Below, one piece after another: positions 12,233 through 21,589 of a stretch of 64,000 nucleotides of DNA. The DNA is from Scenedesmus sp. PABB004 (lineage: Eukaryota), in NCBI GenBank assembly GCA_014905635.1, contig JABVCE010000043.1:62001-126000 (forward strand), written 5' to 3'. The translations under genes and the position numbers were made by a program. Positions within the stretch are counted from its first letter, which is position 1; the number at the start of each line of letters is the position of its first letter. The notes beneath the pieces were generated by a model. That model ran no database searches. It was not told the origin of the DNA and saw nothing but the letters and a program-made list of their open reading frames with translations.

Positions 12233-13460
12233 ATGGACGCCGGCCACCGCACGCCCGTGCGGCGGCGCACGGCGGGCGCGCTCGCACCGTTGCTGGGCGC
12301 GGAGCCCGACCGCGCCGCGCCGGACGCGCCGCCCGCGGAAGCGGGCGGCGGCGGGCTCTTGTCGGCGCTGTACGCGCTCGGGGGCTGGCTGGTCGAGGAG
12401 GCTGACGACAGGACTGACGAGGCGCCGGGGCCGCTGGCGGCGCTGGAGACGATGGGCACGTGGGCGCTGCGCGCCGCGATGCTCAACACGAGCCACTGCC
12501 TGCCGCTGCCGCCCGCGGCGCCGTGCAGTCCCGCGGGCGGCGGCGCGCCGCAGTGCAGCGGCGCGGGCGACGCGGCGGCGGCGCCGGGGACCAGCCCCAT
12601 GCGCCCCCGCGCGAGCTCCGGCTCGGGCGCGGACGTGGCGGCGCGGCGTGGCGCGGACGCGGCGGCCAAGCAGCAGCACGCGGCGGGCAGCAAGCCGCTG
12701 GCCGCGAGCGCCGGCACGCAGACCGACGACCAAGGCGGCCCGGCGGCGCCGGGCGCGCACGTGAGCGACGTTGGCGGCGGCGAGGCGGCGATGGCGGCGG
12801 AGCTCGTGCGGTTGCGCTGCGAGGCGCGCTGCCTGCGGGCGTGCGCCGGCTCCCTGTTTGCCGCATGCCAGAGCCTGCAGCAGGTGGGCGCGGGGGCGGC
12901 GGGGCGGCGCGCCCGCGCTGCCGGGCTGGGTCCGTCTCAGCGCTGCGCGCGCCGCCGCCTCCCAACAGGAGAACGAGCGCCTGCGCGCGAGCGACGGCGA
13001 GGAGCTGCTCGGCGGCGCGCTGCAGTGCCTGCTGGCTGAAAAGAGCAGCCTCACGCAGCGCGCGGAGCGCCTCCAGCGCCACAACACGCAGCTGGTGAGG
13101 CCGCGCGCGGCCGCCCCGCGGGCACCGGCGGCGCGGCCGAGCCGCCGCCGCCCGCCCCGCCCCTCCGCGCCGTGCTGCCCGCAGCTCGAGCGCGTGGCGC
13201 TGCTGGAGCTCACCGCGGCGTCGGGGCGCGGCTCCCCGGGCGGCAGCACCGCGGACAGCGCTGAGTGGCGGGGGTCGCCGCTGCCGCGCGCGCCCACGGC
13301 GGCCGGGCCCGCGTGCGACCAGGCGGCCGGCGCGGCAGTGGCGGAGGCGCTGGAGCAGCTGCCGGCAGGCGGAAGCGAGGGGGCCTGGGGCGGCACAGCG
13401 GTGCGGGCGGGGATGCCGGCGCTGGAGGGCGGGCTGTCAGTGCGGGCGGGCGGCAGCTGA
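12233..13460 (+). CDS. Hypothetical protein with C-terminal coiled coil
   Basis: Three exons joined at GT-AG sites: ..ELVRLRCEARCL..SLQQ|ENERLR..LLAEKSSLTQRAERLQRHNTQL|LERVALLE... Codon usage matches neighbouring genes. Confidence 0.6.
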
Positions 13461-13572
13461 GGAAGAGCAGGGCGGCTTGGCGGCGCGGCGTTGCCAACTC
13501 GGTTCAACTTCCCACGCCACGCGCTGCCCCCGCACCAGGCTCGTGCGGCAGCGTCGCGGCAGGCGCGTGCAC

Positions 13573-14203
13573 TCAGCGGCCGCGGCCCCGAGCGCGTCCG
13601 CCGCGCGCCCCGCCGCGGCCCGAGGCGCCTGCCCCGACGGCGCCGCCGCGGCCCGCGACCCGCGGGGGCTCCATGGAGCCGGCGGCCGGGGGGATGCGGT
13701 TGCCCATCTGGACGAAGCCGCCGCCCCTGGACGGCCTGGGCCCCAGCCGCTTGTGCAACGCCGCGCCGAGGCGGCCGTCCGCCCACGGCGGCCGCTCTCG
13801 CTCCTCGCTGCTGCGCGCGACGGCGGCCGTCGACTCCTCGGCCGCCGGCGCGGGGGTGCGCCGGCGCGCCCGCGGCTTGGGCTCGGCCTCGTCCAGGCGC
13901 CCCAGCAGCGCGCCGCCGCCGCCGCAGCTGTCGTCGGGAGCTGACCGCGAGCTGCCGCTCGGCTCGCGGCGCTTGCCCCCGACCTGAGCGGCCTTGCTGC
14001 CGCCGGCCGCCGCCTGCGGTGCGCCCCCCGCCGCCGCCTGCACGCCGCCGGTGCGCGCGCGGCCCCCGGCGCCGGCGGCCACGCCTGCCGCGCGAGCAGC
14101 ACCGCTGCAGCGGCCGCGGCGGCGGGCGCATCCGCCAGCTGCAGCAGCACGTCCGCGGGCGGCACGCAGACGCCCGGGCTCATCCACACCCGCACCTCGC
14201 GCC

Positions 14204-14243
<40 letters not shown>

Positions 14244-16840
14244 GGTTCCTAAACCCCAGTTCTGCGCCAGCCACTGGTGCAGCTGGTGGCCGAGCTGGTC
14301 CCAGAGCAGCTGCAGCGCCGCCGCCGCGCCCGCCGGCACGGGCACGGGCAGCCCGCCGCTCGCCGCCTCGGCAAACGCCGCGCCGTAGTCCGCCGCGGCG
14401 GCAGTGAAGATGCCCAGTACGCGGCCCGCGACGCTGGCAAAGTCCGCCGCGCGCTGCTGCTGCTGCTGCTGCGGCTCGCCCGGCTCGCCGGTCGGGGGCG
14501 CGCACGAGAGCGTGCTGCGCACCAGTTCCGCGGCGTGCTGCACCGCCACAAGCGTGGCGGCCAGCCGCGCCAGCCGGCCGTCGGCCGCGCCGGCGTCCGC
14601 TGCAGCGGCTGCAGCGGGGCCGGCATCGCCGGCGTCCGGCTGCGCCAGCGCCGCTGCCGCGTGCGAGAGGTGCTCGGCGCTCCTGGGGCCGAGGCGCGCA
14701 GCGGCGCGCACGGGCGAGCGGTGAGCGCCGGCGCTTGCGGTGCAGCGGGCAGCCGCCCACCCTCTCCCGCGCCCGGCCGCGCTCACCACAGGTGCTCCAG
14801 CAGGTCCTGCTCAGCCAGCGAGCCGTCGGCGCAGGCGCAGCGCCCCTCCTCCTCCAGCGGCCGCCGCCACCAGCCCGCCGCGGCAGGCGGTGGCAGCCCC
14901 AGCAGGCCCTGGCCGCCGGGCGCCGCCTGCTGGCGCCGCACCAGCACCTGGAGCACGTGGTGCGGCGCGACGCAGTGCGCCCACCACGCCAGCGCCGACG
15001 GCAGCGCCTCGCCGCACACGGCGCAGACGTGGCGGTGCCGCGACTGGCGCCGCTGCGTCGTCGGCGCCGCCACCGCCAGCGCCGCCGCCGCCGCCGCCGC
15101 CGCCTCCGGGGTCATCAGTCTGCCCGCGGCGTCCAGCCAGTCCTCCGGCGTGTGCTGCGGCTGCGTCTGGCTGTGCCGGGAGACCTGTCGCGGCTTTGGC
15201 GAGGGCACCGCCGCGGGCTGCTGCGCCGCCGGCGGCTGCGGCGGCTCCTGCCCCTGCCGCAGCCGCAGCTGCGCTGCCGCCGGCGCCTGCTCCGGCTGCG
15301 GCGAGGGCGCGCCGCGCGCGGCCGCGCCCGCCCCCTGCTCGCCGCCGGCGCCGCCGGCGCCGCCGCCCGGAGCCGGCACCGCCGCTCCGGGGTGCGTGCC
15401 CGCCCCCTGCTCGCCGGCGCCGCCGCCGCCCGGAGCCGGCGCGGCCGCTCCGAGTCCAGGGCGCGCGCCCGCCGCGAGCAGCCCCGCCACGTCGAGGCGC
15501 ACCAGATACTGGGTGCTGCACGTCGTGCTGCGCTCCCAGCGCAGGTGCGCGCTGTCGGTGACGAGCTTGACGACGCGCGACACGCGACTCACCTCCCGTC
15601 CGGGCTGCTGGCCCGCGCCGGGCTTGTGGCCCGCCCAGCGGGTGTAAGCCTGGATGGCCGCGTTGCCTGCCGGGGCGGCGGCGCGCGAGGCGGGCGGGCG
15701 CGCATGCGGGCGGTGGCGCGGGCGGGCGGGCGCGCCGCGCGTGCCGGCCGCCACGCGGCCCGCGCCCGCGCAGCGGGCCAGCGCAGCGCGCGCGGGCCGC
15801 GGGGCGCCGCACCTGCGCAGCCGCCGTCGAGGGCGTATGCGGCCGCGTGCGGGACGGCCGGCGCGTCGGGCGGCGCGCCCGGCGCGAACGCCGCCGGGTT
15901 GGCGTGCTCCACCAGCTTCTCGGCCAGGCCGCGCATCAGCACGTGCTTCTGCTCGTCCTCGTGCCATCGGCGGGCAGACACAATGCCCAGCAGCTGCCGC
16001 GCGGACACCCCTGCCAACAGCCGCGCCAGCGGCTGCTGCGCCTGCTGCGCCTGCTGCGCCTGCTGCGCCTGCTGCGCCTGCTGCGCCTGCTGCGCCTGCT
16101 GCGCCTGCTGCGCCTGCTGCGCCTGCTGCGCCTGCTGCGCCTGCTGCGCCTGCTGCGCCTGCTGCGCCTGCTGCGCCTGCTGCGCCTGCTGCGCCTGCTG
16201 CGCCTGCTGCGCCTGCTGCGCCTGCTGCGCCGGCTGCTGCTGCGCCGGCTGCTGCACGGGCAGCTGCTTCTGCTGCGGCTCCTGCTGTGCCGGCTGCTGA
16301 TTCCGCTGCTCGCGCCGCTGCTTCTTGTTGGGCGGCCCCTCGGCGCTCGCCGGCGTCTCCTCTGCATCGCCAAGCAGCACGCGCAGCGTGCGCTGCAGAT
16401 TGCGCACCTGCGGCCGCGTCGTAGCAGCGGTGAGGCGTGCCGCGGTGCGGCGCGCGCCGAGCCCCCCGCGTCGGCAGAGCCCGCACCTGATCCAGCGCGC
16501 GCTGCCGGACCGCACCGACGGCGGCCGCCTGGCGCCCCTGCTGCAGCGCGAGCGCGAGCCGCTCCAGTGCCGCCGCTGCCGCGCGCGGCTCGTCTGCGCC
16601 GTCCGCCGCCGGCGGTTGGCGCTGCTCCTGCTGCTGCTCCTCCTGCTGCTGCTGCTGCTCCTGCTGCTGCTGCTGCCCCTGCTGCTGCTGCTGCGAGGCG
16701 GCGGCCGCGCGCAGCAGCTCCAGCTCCACGCCCAGCGACAGCCGGCTGCGCAGCGCGTCGGCCGCCTCTGCCGCGAGCGCCGCGTGCAGCACGGCCGACG
16801 CCAGCGCGCCCGCGCCGCCCTCTGCGGCGGCTGCCGCCAT
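13573..16840 (-). CDS. Hypothetical low-complexity protein with (QQA)n tract and a putative C2H2-like zinc finger
   Basis: ATG 16840. Spliceable exons containing poly-Q, a PNKKQRR NLS-like motif, a QQA repeat, HVCAVCGEALPSALAWWAHCVAPHH and poly-P. Stop inferred from ORF ending 13573; 3' exon structure uncertain. Confidence 0.55.
16033..16230 (-). repeat. Coding 9-bp tandem repeat encoding (QQA) x about 22
   Basis: Perfect CTGCTGCGC array on the + strand, about 198 bp. Confidence 0.95.
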
Positions 16841-17121
16841 CGCGTGCGCGGCCGGCGCTGCGATCGGGCCGCGGGAGTGCTGCGCGGCGCGCGCGGCGGC
16901 TGGGGCGGCTGGAGCGGCGCGCCGTCGCGTCGTGTCAGTAGCAAGCCCGCCCTTTGTAGAGCTGCGCCCGCGTCGCGCCGCCCACCACACCACCAGGCCC
17001 GCACGTTGCGCGCCCACGCTCGCGCCAGCCGCTCCTGCTCGCGCGAGAGGCCATCGCCGCGCCGCATCCGTGCGCCCCCGCGCGACCCCGCCACGCCCGG
17101 GCCCAGGGCCCAGCGCAGGCG
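16565..17121 (+). repeat. Long direct repeat A, copy 1 (about 555 bp)
   Basis: Near-identical to 19211-19792, including the unique non-GC segment GTGTCAGTAGCAAGCCCGCCCTTTGTAGAGCTG. Confidence 0.93.
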
Positions 17122-17243
17122 GAGGACCGGATTCACAGGACCGGTTCCGCGCGCCAGCGCAGGCCGGCAGTGACGCGCAGCCGCGGCGCGGCCGCGGAGC
17201 AGCGGCGGCCCGCGCGCGCAGCCGCCGGCGGCCGATGCCCGCC

Positions 17244-17823
17244 ATGGCCGCCCCCGGCGCCGACCTGGCGGCGCACTGCCGCTTCTTCGACCACCTGGCG
17301 GACCTGGTGGACCCGCGGTTTTACGCGCCGGAGGAGCGGGAGCACGTCAACCCCAAGTACATGAAGCGGGCCGAGGCCGCCGCGACCAAGCGCGCGTTCA
17401 AGGCGGCGTACAAGACCAACAAGCGCGCGCGCCTCGACCCCGACGCCGCCAAGACCACCACGCAGCTGCAGGCGCAGCAGGCGGCCGAGGCGACGGCGAC
17501 GCGCGGCGGCGGCGGCGGCGAGCTCGGGCGGCTGCACCTCGCGGCGGGCGCGCAGCCCAGCCGGGAGGAGCTGCTGGCGCGCCTGCACGCCAAGATGGAG
17601 GTGCGCCGCGCCGCGCGCACGCGGCGCAGCCGGGCCCGCGGCCGGGGGAAGCCGCCCACGCCGCTGCATGCCGGCCCGCGCGCAGGCGGCGCGGCAGGCG
17701 CGGCACGCCAAGGAGGGCGGCGAGGCCGGCGCGGCGCAGCCCAAGAGCCCCGCCGACAGCGCCAAGCAGTGGCGCAAGGAGCAGCTGGGCAAGAAGCTCA
17801 AGGACAAGCAGCAGCAGGCGGCG

Positions 17824-17864
<41 letters not shown>

Positions 17865-19174
17865 CGCGGCGCAGAAGCGGTGCGGCAGGGCGCGGGCGTG
17901 CGCGGGGCGACGGCGTGCGCGGGGCTCCGGCGTGTGCGGGTCGCCGGCGCGCGCGGGCCCGCTCACTGCTCGCGTGTGCGTGCGTGCACCGCCGTGCGAG
18001 CCGCAGGAAGCCGGGCACGGCGGAGCAGCCCGCGGCCAAGAAGGCCAAGGCCGGGCCCGCGCCGGCGCCGCCGCCGCCGGCGGCGGGCGGCGGCCTGGCG
18101 TTCAGCAAGATTGTGCTCGGCACAGGTGGGTGGGGCGCGCGGGGGGGGGGGGGGGCAGGGGGCGGTGCCTGCCGTGCGTGTCGCCGTCGCTGGCGGCGCT
18201 CCGCGTGTGCGTTCGTGTGTGTCCGTGCGCGTGTGCGTGTGCGTGCGCCGCGGCCGCCCCGGGATGCACACGTTATGCGAACTGACGCTCACACCGTGGA
18301 GCCAACTTTTCCGCTTATTGTCTGAGGGCTGCTGCGCCGCGTGTGTGGTCGTTGCGCGTGCGCGTGCGGCGCGTGCCGCGCGCGGGCCCGGGGGATGCAC
18401 AAACACATTTTGCCGAACTGACGCGTCTGGAGACACCACGTGCCTGACGAGCCCGCACCAGCTGCGCTTGCGCGCGCGCGCGTGCCTGCGTGCCTGCGTG
18501 CGCGTCCGTGATGCGTCCTCTCGGAGGCGGCGGGCGCCGCCGGGCCTGTCGCCGAGTGCTGCCCACTGCCGCGCCCGCCGCCCAGCAGGCCGGCCCGGCG
18601 CCAAGCCCGGCGCCAAGAAGAAGCCCACCAAGGAGGCGCTGCTGCGGGCGGCCGAGGACAAGGCGGCGCGCCTGGCCGACGCGGCGGCGCGGCAGGACGA
18701 GGCGGCGATCGCGGCCGAGGCGTGGCGCGCCGCGCTGAGCCGCGCGGCGGGCGAGCGCGTGCTGGACGACCCCAAGCTGCTGCGGCGCAGCATGAAGCGC
18801 GAGGAGGGCGAGCGCGCGCGCAAGACCAAGCGCTGGCAGGAGCGCACAGCGGCGCAGGCGGAGCAGCAGCGCGCGCGCCAGGACAAGTGCGTGGCGGGGC
18901 GCGCAGCGCGGGGCGCGCCGCGGGGCGCCGCCGCGAGTGCTTGCGCCGCGCGCGCTCGCGCCGCGCGCTGGCGCAGCGCGCTCACGCCGACCCGCCTCCT
19001 TCCCTCCCCGCCCGCACGCGCAGGCGCAAGGACAACCTGGCAGCGCGCGCGCAGACCAAGCTGGACAACAAGAAGGCGAAGCGCGACAAGAAGCTGCTGC
19101 GCGCGGGCTTCGAGGGCCGCAAGGCCGCGCCGATCAACGTCAAGCCCGGCGGTGCCAAGGGCGGCGGCAAGTGA
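17244..19174 (+). CDS. SURF6: Surfeit locus protein 6 / RRP14 nucleolar protein, multi-exon
   Basis: RRP14 N-terminal motif HCRFFDHLADLVDPRFY and KRARLDPD. SURF6 motif W..ALSRAAGERVLDDPKLLRRSMKRE..KTKRWQER and RAGFEG. TGA 19172-19174. Alternative ATG at 17235. Confidence 0.92.
18249..18336 (+). ncRNA. Intronic C/D-box snoRNA A (predicted guide for LSU rRNA 2'-O-methylation at the site equivalent to plant 25S U48)
   Basis: Terminal stem CGCGGCCGCCC/GGGCTGCTGCG, C-like GGGATGC 18261, D' CTGA 18282, C'-like GTGGAG, D CTGA 18322. The guide TTTTCCGCTTATTG can pair over 14 bp (two G-U) with conserved LSU CAAUAAGCGGAGGA. Confidence 0.8.
18382..18456 (+). ncRNA. Intronic C/D-box snoRNA B (predicted LSU rRNA guide)
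   Basis: Terminal stem GCGGGCCCG/CGAGCCCGC, C-like GGGATGC 18392, D' CTGA 18418, C'-like TGGAGA, D CTGA 18444. The guide CATTTTGCCGA is complementary to conserved LSU UCGGCAAAAU(G). Confidence 0.75.
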
Positions 19175-19210
19175 GGCGGCGCACGCGCCCTGGCGCGCCT
19201 GCAACAACGG

Positions 19211-19792
19211 CAGCGCCGCCGCCGCCGCGCGCGGCTCGTCTGCGCCGTCCGCCGCCGGCGGTTGGCGCTGCTCCTGCTGCTGCTCCTCCTGCTGCTGCTG
19301 CTCCTCCTGCTGCTGCTGCTGCTGCTGCTCCTGCTGCTGCTGCTGCCCCTGCTGCTGCTGCTGCGAGGCGGCGGCCGCGCGCAGCAGCTCCAGCTCCACG
19401 CCCAGCGACAGCTGGCTGCGCAGCGCGTCGGCCGCCTCTGCCGCGAGCGCCGCGTGCAGCACGGCCGACGCCAGCGCGCCCGCGCCGCCCTCTGCGGCGG
19501 CTGCCGCCATCGCGTGCGCGGCCGGCGCTGCGATCGGGCCGCGGGAGTGCTGCGCGGCGCGCGCGGCGGCTGGGGCGGCTGGAGCGGCGCGCCGTCGCGT
19601 CGTGTCAGTAGCAAGCCCGCCCTTTGTAGAGCTGCGCCCGCGTCGCGCCGCCCACCACACCACCAGGCCCGCACGCCGTCCGCCCACGCTCGCGCCAGCC
19701 GCTCCTGCTCGCGCGAGAGGCCATCGCGCCGCACCCGTGCGCCCCTGCGGGACCCCGCCGCGCCCGAGCCCCGGGCCGGCCCACCGCAGGCG
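19211..19792 (+). repeat. Long direct repeat A, copy 2 (duplicated 5' exon fragment plus upstream region of the QQA gene)
   Basis: Near-identical to 16565-17121 with a longer CAG tract. Retains the minus-strand ATG at 19510. Confidence 0.93.
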
Positions 19793-20024
19793 CTAAGACG
19801 CGTGAGATTGGACCTGCGGCTGCTGCCGACCAGCCGTCGCCGCCGCCGGCTGACTCGTCGCCGGAGCAGCGGCGCCGGGCGCCACGCGGCGCGACGCGGC
19901 GCTGCCAGCTCTGGCGCCGGGCTGCTGCAGCCGGGGCGGCGCGGCGCGGGAGCAGCAGCCGCCGGCCCTGGACGCGCCGCCCGACCCGGCCGCGGCGGCG
20001 GCCGGGCCTGCAGCGGCGGCGGGC

Positions 20025-21226
20025 ATGACGGGCCGCGACGCGGCGGCGTACTGGTACGTCCGCGCGCTGCGCGCGCTCAAGCAGCGGCTGTCGGACCCGC
20101 TGCAGATGGCGGCTGAGTACCAGCACGTCGTCGCGCTCGACGACGCCATCCCCCACGCCTGCGACGCCGCCAAGGCCCGCGGCGCGGCAGGGCGCAACCG
20201 CTACTGCAACGTCCTGCCCTACGACTTCAACCGGTGACGCCGCCCGCGCGGGCGGTGGCGCGGGCGCTGCCGCATGGGCGCGTGCGCGGGCGCGTGCGCG
20301 TGCGCTGAACGCCGCCCTGTGCCCGCGCCCGGCCGCAGCGTGGTGCTGGAGGGCGAGCAGCCGTACATCAACGCCAGCCTCGTGCGCGTGCAGCTGCCGA
20401 TGCTGCCCGCGCCGTGCGCGTACGTCGCGACGCAGGGCCCGCTGCCGCACACGGCGGGCGACTTTTGGGCCATGGTCGCGCAGCTGCGCGCGCCGGCGGT
20501 GGTCATGCTGACCAATACGGCCGAGGGCGGCGCGTGCAAGTGCAGCCAGTACTTCCCGCTCGGCGGCGCCGCCAAGGCGCGGCTGCCGGGCTTCCGGCTC
20601 ACCGTGGAGAGCGAGGCCGCGTTCAGCGACGACTGCACGCTGCGCGTGATGCGCCTCGCGCCGGCGGGCGGCGGGCCGGCCCAGGTGGTGCGGCACTACC
20701 ACATGCACGCCTGGCCCGACCACGGCGTGCCCGCCAGCGCCGCGGGCCTGCGCGCGCTCTGCCGCGCGCTCGCGCCCGCGCGCGAGGCGGGCGGGCCCGT
20801 GGTGGTGCACTGCAGCGCGGTGCGGCGGCGGCCGCGGCCGCCGCGGCGGCGCGCGCGCGCGCCTGCGCGGGCGCCAGGGCGCAGGCCCTGGCCCCGCCGG
20901 CGGCGTGAGGCGACGACGCCGCCCCCCGCCCGCGCCGCGCCGTGCCGTGCCGCGCCGCGCAGGGCATCGGGCGCACCGGCACGTTCTGCGCGATCGACGT
21001 GCTGCTGCGCCGCCTCGACGCGTGGCCCGGCGTGCGCGGCGGGCGGGGGCCCGACCGCGACGAGGTCGAGGCGGCGCTCAACGTGCCGCACCTGGTGCAC
21101 GAGCTGCGGCGCCAGCGCGGCGGCATGATCCAGACGCGGGAGCAGTATGCCTTTGTCTACGCCGCGGTCGTGGAGGACCTCGCCGAGCGCAGCGCGGCCG
21201 GCAGCGCGCCGGCGCCGCCGCCCTGA
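20025..21226 (+). CDS. PTP1: Classical tyrosine-specific protein phosphatase (PTP1-like)
   Basis: Motifs NRYCNVLPYD, YINAS, YVATQGPL, DFWAMV, WPDHGVP, VHCSA|GIGRTG (split by an intron) and MIQTREQY. Confidence 0.93.
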
Positions 21227-21589
21227 CGGGGGCGCGCGGCTGGGAGCTGCGCGGCGTGGCGGTGGCGGGCTGGGAGCTGCGCTGAGCTCGGACGAACGGA
21301 GCTCGGACCAAACGGACCTCGGAACTCGCCATCCGGTGGCCGGCCGAACGGACGCGTTTTTGCTTGAGCCGCCACCGTTCAAAGTCTCGCGGCGCCGCTG
21401 CTCCCGCCAGCGCGCCCGCCGGCCCCGGCCCGCATCCGCCGCCGTCGCTCGGCGCCGTCGCGCGGGAGATCGGCAGCTGCAGGCGGGCTGCTGCTGCTCG
21501 GGCCAGCTGCCCGCGCCAGGCGCCGCCCGTGCCGCGCGGGCGCGCCCGCCACACACCGTCTTCGTTCGGGTGGATACGCCGGCGGCGCC

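Noticed and set aside
21284..21330. Three imperfect ~15-bp repeats (GAGCTCGGAC..AACG) after the PTP stop
   Set aside because: Short degenerate UTR slippage with no supporting structure.
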